Position numbers and translations under genes: made by a program | Notes under the pieces: generated by a model | The model's database searches: none | What the model was told of the DNA's origin: nothing | What the model saw: the letters and a program-made list of their open reading frames with translations, nothing else | In this document: one piece after another, positions 56,657 through 64,000 of the stretch | Layout: each line of letters opens with the position of its first letter | Position numbering within the stretch: the first letter of the stretch is position 1 | DNA from: an uncultured virus (IMG/VR IMGVR_UViG_3300020472_000022) | Taxonomy: Duplodnaviria; Heunggongvirae; Uroviricota; Caudoviricetes | Reading direction: 5' to 3' (one strand) | IMG/VR virus record: IMGVR_UViG_3300020472_000022 | DNA: 64,000 bases

Positions 56657-57694
56657 CTATATCATGTTTTTAATAAGATCTACCGCATCACCGAAGCGGC
56701 CACTTTTTTGTAACTTCTGTTGAGATTGCTTGACCATTCTATTTTGTGCATTAGGTGTGCTTTTACTAGAACCAGGTCTAACAGTTTTTTTACTGTTAGA
56801 CTGTTTTGTTCGAGCTTTAGACACTCTCTTAACACCTTTATCATATAACCATGCCTTTCTGAGTAATTTGACATGATCTGCTTTGATAAGTTGTTGCATT
56901 TCTTCGTTGGTAATTCCTTGATCTAGTAACCACTCTCGTAGTTGACCTTTCTCATTACCAGCTACCTTATTGTCTTTCCATTCTGGAATCACTTCAGTAA
57001 GCTTTGCATTTTCTACAGTTATGACTGATTGAAGATAATTAGCGTGTTCCTTTTCGTTTGTTTGCCTGATTCTTTCTTGCTCTTGCTGTATAGCTTCGAG
57101 CTTTTTCGTTCTGGCCTCTTCTTGGGTTCGCCATTGTCTTTCTTGTCTTGCTGCTTCTATTGGATTAGCTTTATATAAAGCATCCCAATCGGGTTGACTT
57201 TGAGGTGTATCTGCTTGTAGTTGTTGTTCAAGCTGCCCAATTAATTGAGCATATTGTTGTCTCTCTTGAGTTACATTCGCAAGTTCAGAATCATAAGCTT
57301 TACGCTGTTCAGCTAGCTCTTGCGATTTTCTAGTGTAAGAGGCTTGACGAGAATAGCCTTTTTTAAGTTCATCAAGGGATACCTGCTCTTCTTGACCATC
57401 TACTTTGATGTCAAAAGATTCAGGTTCCTCTATAACTTCTTCTTGCTCTTCTGCTGTCTCACTTTCTTCGGCAGAAACATCGTCTAGTTCGAGTTCTTCA
57501 GACTCCTCTAAAGCTTGCTCTTCTAGTTGTTCACTCTCTGCCTCGCCTTCAGCTAATGCTTCAGACTCATTATTAGCCGCTAAATCTTGGCTTTCACTCT
57601 CAGGTTGCTCGTTTGAGTCCTGGTCAAAAAGATCTTCCATAATTTGTTTGGCTTCACTTAAATTGATCGGACCAGTTGGTTTTGTATCTGCCAT
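56657..57694 (-). CDS. Scaffolding protein (phage B)
   Basis: Acidic N-terminus, KVDG.E..VSLDELKKGYSRQASYTRK motif. Confidence 0.8.
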   Translation of the reverse strand: MADTKPTGPINLSEAKQIMEDLFDQDSNEQPESESQDLAANNESEALAEGEAESEQLEEQALEESEELELDDVSAEESETAEEQEEVIEEPESFDIKVDGQEEQVSLDELKKGYSRQASYTRKSQELAEQRKAYDSELANVTQERQQYAQLIGQLEQQLQADTPQSQPDWDALYKANPIEAARQERQWRTQEEARTKKLEAIQQEQERIRQTNEKEHANYLQSVITVENAKLTEVIPEWKDNKVAGNEKGQLREWLLDQGITNEEMQQLIKADHVKLLRKAWLYDKGVKRVSKARTKQSNSKKTVRPGSSKSTPNAQNRMVKQSQQKLQKSGRFGDAVDLIKNMI

Positions 57695-57939
57695 TATTGC
57701 TCCTTGTTTATTTTACTTTTTAAAAAAATTGCATCATCTACTGATGCTTTCATTCTTGCAAAAAATCTATTTGCTCCAAGCATTTCTGCATGGATCTCTT
57801 CTCTTTGCTTTTCATTCTTTGACGATACCCATTCGTCAAAGAGATCGGTTTCAAGAATGTTTATGATTTCTTGCAGCAATGGATCATTTACTAATTTTGC
57901 TACTTCATCTCCAAATTTAATATCATCTTGGTCTGCCAT
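57694..57939 (-). CDS. Small post-portal protein
   Basis: Helical 81 aa between portal and scaffold. Confidence 0.6.
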   Translation of the reverse strand: MADQDDIKFGDEVAKLVNDPLLQEIINILETDLFDEWVSSKNEKQREEIHAEMLGANRFFARMKASVDDAIFLKSKINKEQ

Positions 57940-60037
57940 TGTTTATATTCCCCACTGGTTGTAAATTAGCTTGTTTAATAACTTCTCTATCTCTATCGGC
58001 TAAAGCCTTTATAGAAGCGACATCAACTTGAGCACCGAACTTTGCTTGAAGCTCTGCTGCTTTTAATAACCAATTAGCCTCATCATCATCTCTTTGCCTA
58101 TCATCATCACGCATCATCTTTTCTCTATCGAGTTCAAGTTGTGCTGCTTTCTTTTGTATGTCAGCTTGTATCTGTTGCATTTGTACCTGGATTAATTGTT
58201 CATTAATATCAGGTTTAGGTTGTTGCGGTGGTGGTGGTTGATAATTAGCTGGATCACTAACAAAATTATTAACATCTTTAAAGCCTGATAGTTGCACTAT
58301 CTGGCTTAAAGTATTGTAATACTGTTGCATGTTTACTAATGGATTTTCAGGACCTAATTGCTGAAGTAGTTGTTCTTGTTTTTGTAAAATGGTTTGCAAG
58401 AAAGCTAATCGTTCTTCATCAGATCCTTTTCCTAAAGCAACATTAACAATGACATCCATATCTGAGTTCCAAATTCTAGGATCAATTGGAACAAATTTAT
58501 TAGTTAATCTAACCATTCTTTCTTGATCTTGATGAGTAATGATTAAATCAAAAATACCTTTAAATAATTGCTTCATACCTGTTGTTGCAAAATTTCTAGC
58601 AATTAATTCAGTTCTTTGTTGAGCTGCATTAATAGTTTGTGCAACTGCTAATTTAGTTGAAGATTGTAATGCTGATGGATCAAGACCATCAGCAGCTCTT
58701 GAGACTCCTGTTCTGTTTTCTCTAACTAAATCTAAATACTCAAGCATTGGAAATGCTTCCTTACCAATGTAAGGCATTGAGAACGGAATAACACTGCCTG
58801 GATTTCTCATTCTAATAATACCGCCAACTTCAGTATTTAAAACATCATCCATTGATGCTTGTCCTTCAACAACACCAACTCTAGGATGTGTTGATAAAGC
58901 TAACGAATCTAAAGAAGATCTTAAAACCATAGATTTAATTTTTTGAACATCCATTGTGATATCTGCAATAGATAAACCAAAGAATTGATGTGGTTCTGGA
59001 TCTGGCATGAAAGTAGCAAAAGGAATATGTATTGCTGGCTCATTTAACAAAATATCGTAATTTTCACCAATAGAACAAATCCTTCTTCTTTCAGCTATTC
59101 CATCACCATCCATATCAGCATAAATATACGATTCAACATATAAAGCCCTTCTCATTGAAGGATCACTTGAATCATCATCAAAACTATTTAAGTCTTGGTT
59201 ACGAGCTACGCTTTCTTGGTTGAAATCAAAATCTGTTTCGTTAGTAGCATAGCTACTTACTTCATCTTCTGAGTAACCCATGCTAACTAATTCTGAAATA
59301 GTTAAATACCTACGATGAGCTACAATATCAGCATCCTCTAAAGTTCTTGCATTTCTATTTATTAAAAACTCTTCAGGAGGCACGCTTTCTATTCGTACTC
59401 TCCCATTGGGGATAGTACGAATAACCCTTACATTGTGAGAGTTAATTGGATTGCCCAGTTCGTCAACATTATCTGATGACTGAACAGTTTCTAAAATTTC
59501 AATTTCTATTCTTGGATCTGAAGTTAATGTCGTTAAAGAAATATCATCAATATTTTCTAATTCATAAGTTTCAACTTCGCTTTGATCATCCCAATAGAAT
59601 TTAACAATTCCGCATTTCTTTATTAGAGCATCTTTAAAAGCTGATAATAAAACTGAGTAGCCATCATTATCATTTTGAAAAACATAATTACAGTAATCAG
59701 TTGCTTGTTTAGCAAGAGGAACATCTTCTGGTCCTATTGGAACAAACTCAACTACATTTGATCCACCATGAAAGATCCTCATTAACGATGGTAGTATTGC
59801 TTGAACAACATCTCTAACATCCATTGATACTGCTTGTGATCTACCGCTTTCTTCATTGCCAAAGGGCCTACCTAAATAATACTCTTCAGACTCAGCTCTA
59901 ATAGGGCTTATCGTATTGTCGATAAAATCAATCGCATCATCTATTTCACTTTTTAAAATAGATTGTAATAACTCATCAGACATTCTTTCAGGTTCGATAA
60001 GAACATCTTCTAATTCTTCTTCGTAATCTTTTTCCAT
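57923..60037 (-). CDS. Portal protein (phage B)
   Basis: YYLG.PFGNE..GRS, VPPEEFLI, position after TerL. Confidence 0.85.
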   Translation of the reverse strand: MEKDYEEELEDVLIEPERMSDELLQSILKSEIDDAIDFIDNTISPIRAESEEYYLGRPFGNEESGRSQAVSMDVRDVVQAILPSLMRIFHGGSNVVEFVPIGPEDVPLAKQATDYCNYVFQNDNDGYSVLLSAFKDALIKKCGIVKFYWDDQSEVETYELENIDDISLTTLTSDPRIEIEILETVQSSDNVDELGNPINSHNVRVIRTIPNGRVRIESVPPEEFLINRNARTLEDADIVAHRRYLTISELVSMGYSEDEVSSYATNETDFDFNQESVARNQDLNSFDDDSSDPSMRRALYVESYIYADMDGDGIAERRRICSIGENYDILLNEPAIHIPFATFMPDPEPHQFFGLSIADITMDVQKIKSMVLRSSLDSLALSTHPRVGVVEGQASMDDVLNTEVGGIIRMRNPGSVIPFSMPYIGKEAFPMLEYLDLVRENRTGVSRAADGLDPSALQSSTKLAVAQTINAAQQRTELIARNFATTGMKQLFKGIFDLIITHQDQERMVRLTNKFVPIDPRIWNSDMDVIVNVALGKGSDEERLAFLQTILQKQEQLLQQLGPENPLVNMQQYYNTLSQIVQLSGFKDVNNFVSDPANYQPPPPQQPKPDINEQLIQVQMQQIQADIQKKAAQLELDREKMMRDDDRQRDDDEANWLLKAAELQAKFGAQVDVASIKALADRDREVIKQANLQPVGNINNGRPR

Positions 60038-60130
60038 GTAAACCCTATATATAGATTATTCGTCTATATATTTTACAACATTTTTGTATTGCATTTGTTT
60101 ACATTGTCTTGTTTAGATAAACTAATAGTA

Positions 60131-60241
60131 CCAGAAACCCCACATCTGGATACTACTCACTAACCCCTGAGTAGGATTTTGTCGCAATGACAATTACGCT
60201 GCTAGGCAGCAATGAGGAGGTCAGTCTCCTATCTGGCCTCC
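60131..60241 (+). ncRNA. Candidate five-hairpin small RNA or leader
   Basis: Five consecutive stem-loops downstream of TTGTTT-17-TAAACT (60095-60123). Confidence 0.5.
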
Positions 60242-60259
60242 GACTTTAAAGGATAAGTT

Positions 60260-60559
60260 ATGGCACATGAAAATAGAAAAAAAAGTTTGATGAACAAACA
60301 TAATCTTAAAGGCGTAAATAAGCCTAAAAGAACACCTGGACATAAAACAAAATCACACATGGTTTTAGCTCAGGATGGCCATGATTTAAAGCTTATTCGT
60401 TTTGGTCAGCAAGGAGTTAAGACTGCTGGTAAACCTAAAATGAATGAATCTGAAACGCAAAAGGCTAGAAGAAGAAGCTTTAAAGCTCGTCATGCTAAAA
60501 ACATTGCTAAGGGCAAAATGTCAGCTGCTTACTGGTCAGACAAAGTAAGGTGGAGTTAG
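60260..60559 (+). CDS. Small highly basic protein (homologue of 16317-16607)
   Basis: IRFGQQGVKTAGKPK..ARRRSFKARH..KMSAAYW. Confidence 0.8.
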   Translation: MAHENRKKSLMNKHNLKGVNKPKRTPGHKTKSHMVLAQDGHDLKLIRFGQQGVKTAGKPKMNESETQKARRRSFKARHAKNIAKGKMSAAYWSDKVRWS

Positions 60560-60628
60560 TAAAAAAAACCTCTTCACAGAATCGCTTCTACGGCACGATC
60601 TCGTCTTAACTAATATCCTAGATACCCC

Positions 60629-60838
60629 CTAAATTAGCTTATTTTTGTATTTTTCTAAGCTATTGATGTTCTCTTCTGCCTGGGATAAAAGATCTGTCCA
60701 TTTATGAATCTCAGTTAATATCTCAGTATGTTCGCCAATTCCAACGCTTTTTGTAAATAGCATCCTCAAGGTCGCTATAGCTTTTAGCCTTTCTGATTGC
60801 CAATGAGCTATGGCTGCTTTATAAAAGTTATCATCCAT
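60629..60838 (-). CDS. Hypothetical protein (SVGIGEH motif)
   Basis: AAGGA RBS, abuts terL. Confidence 0.7.
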   Translation of the reverse strand: MDDNFYKAAIAHWQSERLKAIATLRMLFTKSVGIGEHTEILTEIHKWTDLLSQAEENINSLEKYKNKLI

Positions 60839-62242
60839 TTATACAATTCCTTTTAGTTGTCTTTTAATGGGTTTCTTCCAGTTGGCAAACCCTGTTTGCC
60901 CTCCAGCGGTTGCTGCATTGCTAGCAAAAGTCAGGCAAACAGCATCAGCTAGATCAGGAGAAGCAATTCCTCTTTTCTTCATTTGGTCCTTGCTTTCAAT
61001 AATCATCTTCCCAGAAGAGGAGAATTTATAACGAGGTGAGACTAATTCAGCTAATAAATGCTCATTTTTTGGGATTCTTACATCCCTTTGTTCTAGCCAG
61101 GCTTTTACCTTAAACCACAATTCAGCCCTTAAATTCTGATAAGTTTTACTTAGAGCTGGAGCTTCAGAAGTGTTGATCCCAATACAAGGCAAGCCAAGCT
61201 CTCTTAAACGATCAACTACCCCTCCTCCAACTCCAATACTATCAACTAAGATCTCTACTGGTTTTAGATCATTATCAAATAAAGCATCATATTCAGCTTT
61301 AATTGCACCACATAACCTCATGGTATCTAAGCCTTTCCAACTCTTAATGTCCTTTATAACGCGACCTTGCCTAATAGCAAGGGCGCTAGAATTGCTTCCA
61401 AATCGTGCTACATCTAATCCCCAAATAACATTGGCTTTTTTATCTAGTTGAATATCCCTATTTTGAGCATCCACCACTAAACTTAAAGGAATGACAGTAT
61501 CATCTTCTGATGCTGGAAATTCCCCTAAAACCCTTACTCTATAAGCATTGCTCTCTTCTCCATATCTGATCTTCATCTCCTCAATGTATTCCTTAGAAAC
61601 TCTAGGAGAGTTGATACAACTAACTTTTCTAGTCCACCAAGAGTCAGCCATTCTATGATGCGTATCAAAGAAGAAACCGCTTGATCTGGTTGGATTTCCT
61701 AGCAATATGGTCGTTGCATTATCTCCAGACATAGAGCCAGCAGCACTTTCAAAAACAGATTCGGGTATTCCTGATGCTTCATCTGCGATGAGCATCACAT
61801 TCTCACTATGTACGCCTTGCAAAGCTTCTGGTGTTTCTGCTCTTGAAGTTCTACAACTGATAAAAGCCTCTGTTGGAGAGGCTTTTAGAAAGATACGATC
61901 AGTCTTGGTTTCAAGCAATTCAGACAGCACTTTTGGTAATTCTTTAAGCCATCGTTTAGATTCAGCAAATAAAGCATCGAATAACTGAGCGCTGGTTGGA
62001 GCAGTAACGACTACCTTACAAGGATACCTGGTCAGTATGAACCACAACATACCCCAGGATGCAGCAGTAGACTTTCCAGTTCCATGTCCTGATCTGACCG
62101 AGATTCTTCTTTCTCCTTTAGCGATTGCTTGAAGAAATTCAGCTTGCCACTCGTCAGGCTCTACTTTAAGAATGTTTTTAACAAATGCAGTTGGATTATT
62201 GCGATATGCTTTAACGAAATCTAAAAATGGATTATCAGCCAT
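60839..62242 (-). CDS. terL: Terminase large subunit (phage B)
   Basis: RSGHGTGKS, IADEASG, GNPTR, DVARFG, SPDLADA. Confidence 0.92.
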   Translation of the reverse strand: MADNPFLDFVKAYRNNPTAFVKNILKVEPDEWQAEFLQAIAKGERRISVRSGHGTGKSTAASWGMLWFILTRYPCKVVVTAPTSAQLFDALFAESKRWLKELPKVLSELLETKTDRIFLKASPTEAFISCRTSRAETPEALQGVHSENVMLIADEASGIPESVFESAAGSMSGDNATTILLGNPTRSSGFFFDTHHRMADSWWTRKVSCINSPRVSKEYIEEMKIRYGEESNAYRVRVLGEFPASEDDTVIPLSLVVDAQNRDIQLDKKANVIWGLDVARFGSNSSALAIRQGRVIKDIKSWKGLDTMRLCGAIKAEYDALFDNDLKPVEILVDSIGVGGGVVDRLRELGLPCIGINTSEAPALSKTYQNLRAELWFKVKAWLEQRDVRIPKNEHLLAELVSPRYKFSSSGKMIIESKDQMKKRGIASPDLADAVCLTFASNAATAGGQTGFANWKKPIKRQLKGIV

Positions 62243-62504
62243 CTGTTTGTTCGTCAGTCTTTTCTTCAGTTAAAAGTCTATTAGATTCTTCTGAACATGA
62301 TGGGAAGTTGATAATGCAATGAGCTTTCCAGGCATTAAGAGAACATCCCCAGTCATCGCCCTTGCCTCGATAATGTAATGGGTAGTTTAATATTTCTTCT
62401 TTTAACAGAATCAACTCTTGTTGGTGGGATACTGTTGTGTATACACCAACTGCCGTTCCTGAAAAGAAAATCATAAATACGATTAGAATATATTTAACGC
62501 TCAT
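62235..62504 (-). CDS. Hypothetical membrane/secreted protein
   Basis: N-terminal hydrophobic helix, AAGGAG RBS. Confidence 0.55.
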   Translation of the reverse strand: MSVKYILIVFMIFFSGTAVGVYTTVSHQQELILLKEEILNYPLHYRGKGDDWGCSLNAWKAHCIINFPSCSEESNRLLTEEKTDEQTDG

Positions 62505-62615
62505 TCTTCTTCTCCTTTTTTTTATCTTTTTTAAAGCATGAATAAGTTGCTCTACATCTTTGACAAATACCTTTTTCTAAACGAGCGTCATTACCACAAA
62601 AATCACATTTAGCAA

Positions 62616-63311
62616 TTAAGAAGCCCAATTTTCCTTCTTGCCACAATGGCGCATGATTGTTGAAGGAGAACAAGGAAAAAACTTACTTGTAATTTCATCA
62701 GCAATTTTTCTAAAAGGAACATGATCAGATCTTCTTTGTCTCATAAGCTTGTCAGCTTCCGTCTTGTGTTTAGATTCAATTAAAAATGATTCCTTACCAT
62801 TGCCCTTCAATTCCCATCCAAAGGGAATAGGACCGCCTGTATAGCCTTTAGATTTGATGTTAGGTAAAGACATTGCAGCTTTAGATTCTTTGCCTTTAGT
62901 AATACGATCTTTAATCATTAATCTTTCGTAATCTGCAAAAGAAGCCATGATGTTAATCATTAGTTGAGCTACGATATTTTTATCATCAGTTAGATCACCT
63001 AAATCTTTAGTAATAACTCTTACACCTAATGATTTAAGTTTTTCTATGTCATTTAAGCAATTCCTAAGATGTCTCGTAAAGCGATCTAGTTTAGCAACGA
63101 TGATTACATCTCCTGATTTGAGTTCAATATCTTTCATAGATGGTCTTTCAAAGAAATTAGTAGAACCTGAAACGCCCACATCTTTTAAAATTTTTTTTAT
63201 TTTTAGGTTCTCTATCATTGCTAGACCAGCAACTTGTCGTTCCTGGTCAGCAATGCTGGTGTTATCAGCTTGGCTAAGTGTAGAAACTCTTGCATATCCA
63301 TAAACTGTCAT
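62616..63311 (-). CDS. Serine recombinase (resolvase family)
   Basis: YGYARVST..Q, D.GVSG, AKLDRFTR, A.YER..I, C-terminal HTH. Confidence 0.88.
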   Translation of the reverse strand: MTVYGYARVSTLSQADNTSIADQERQVAGLAMIENLKIKKILKDVGVSGSTNFFERPSMKDIELKSGDVIIVAKLDRFTRHLRNCLNDIEKLKSLGVRVITKDLGDLTDDKNIVAQLMINIMASFADYERLMIKDRITKGKESKAAMSLPNIKSKGYTGGPIPFGWELKGNGKESFLIESKHKTEADKLMRQRRSDHVPFRKIADEITSKFFPCSPSTIMRHCGKKENWAS

Positions 63312-63335
63312 ATCGCTCTCCTATAGTTTTTATTT

Positions 63336-63364
63336 AATATACCCTGTCTTGTTTAAGGTGACAA
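63336..63364 (-). promoter_or_regulatory. Promoter for the recombinase
   Basis: TTGTCA-17-TATATT. Confidence 0.55.
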
Positions 63365-63513
63365 GTGTTTTATTTTATATTTTTTTAAAAATTTTTTTGT
63401 GCGTCAGGACTTAGTCATTATCATCACCCGAAAACTATTTAAGGGGGGGTCGATTGATTTTTTATCTTCCAGAAAAAAACTCAACGAAAAAATGATAAAA
63501 ATATACTTAATTG

Positions 63514-63526
63514 TAAGTTATTGATT
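63514..63526. promoter_or_regulatory. IHF-type binding site
   Basis: TAAGTTATTGATT matches YAANNNNTTGATW. Confidence 0.45.
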
Positions 63527-63685
63527 ATAAAGGCTTTGCGCTGTTTCATTTCATTGTTGTAACACAGACGCAAATAATAATAATACTATATTTATCATTT
63601 TAGCTTAGATGCTAGCTTTTAAAATTCCTACATGCGTATTCTTTAACATATCTTAATGTCTTTTTAATTAGTTGTACTGTTAAAC

Positions 63686-63714
63686 TTGACACCATAAAGG
63701 TGACAGACGATAAT
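63686..63714 (+). promoter_or_regulatory. Early promoter of phage B
   Basis: TTGACA-17-GATAAT. Confidence 0.6.
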
Positions 63715-63766
63715 GGTACTTAATAACAATGATAGTTTAATTATTAATAGAGGAGGTTTCAGAAGC

Positions 63767-63958
63767 ATGAGCAAGCTAACATTAAAACAAATACAAACAA
63801 AAATAAATGATATTGAAAGTAAATATTACAAGGGTTGGAGACAATCAGAGGAATGGTGGCGAGTAAGTGGTGATGTTCACCCGATAGACAGAGGATTATG
63901 GTCAAGGTATACGAAGTTACTTACTACAAGAAAAGAGGAGGAGGAAGCTAATGAATAA
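63767..63958 (+). CDS. Early hypothetical protein (phage B)
   Basis: GGAGG RBS before MSKLTLKQ. Confidence 0.6.
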   Translation: MSKLTLKQIQTKINDIESKYYKGWRQSEEWWRVSGDVHPIDRGLWSRYTKLLTTRKEEEEANE

Positions 63959-64000
63959 TATACTTTATCGACTCCATCAAGTCTCAAAAGGCCAGAAAAT

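Larger units (their letters stand above)
50425..64000. mobile_element. Phage B: partial second phage genome (packaging/structural module, serine recombinase, start of early region); 1-866 is probably its continuation
   Basis: Second set of TerL, portal, scaffold, MCP and adaptor genes with no evident similarity to phage A's beyond family motifs. Confidence 0.85.

Noticed and set aside
1..64000. tRNA, rRNA or host chromosomal genes
   Set aside because: No cloverleaf or rRNA-like segments were recognised by eye and no housekeeping genes were seen, so there is no evidence of a prophage junction. tRNAscan was not run.

Overview
The window is entirely AT-rich tailed-phage DNA and contains parts of two different podovirus-like genomes. 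Phage A (867-50424, a 49,558-bp unit) looks complete. It has TerS, TerL, portal, scaffold, major capsid, tail and ejection genes, a T7-like replication module without an RNA polymerase (SSB, primase-helicase, family A polymerase, nucleases, class II RNR) and a lysis cassette. Phage B (about 52,500-64,000, probably also 1-866) has its own, very different TerL, portal, scaffold, capsid and a serine recombinase. The two are joined through a ~2.09-kb direct repeat (867-2955 / 50425-52513) covering a tail-fibre C-terminal half and two small genes. This is either an assembly chimera or a cointegrate, and in both cases it shows a very recent exchange of the receptor-binding module. Highlights: (1) a five-gene CsgF-CsgG-curlin-like-FecR-CHASE2/adenylyl cyclase cassette following the lysis genes of phage A, which reads like a complete phage-encoded surface-to-cAMP signalling system; (2) a 252-nt ORF-less group I intron splitting the phage B major capsid gene; (3) several unannotated structured RNA elements (a triple internal-loop motif before the scaffold gene, a pseudoknot before ssb, a five-hairpin RNA with anti-SD-like loops); (4) an R-x-x-[MYFK]-x-x-G-G motif shared by several late proteins; (5) an array of palindromes at the probable genome end. 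All assignments come from motif recognition by eye; no database searches or folding programs were run.
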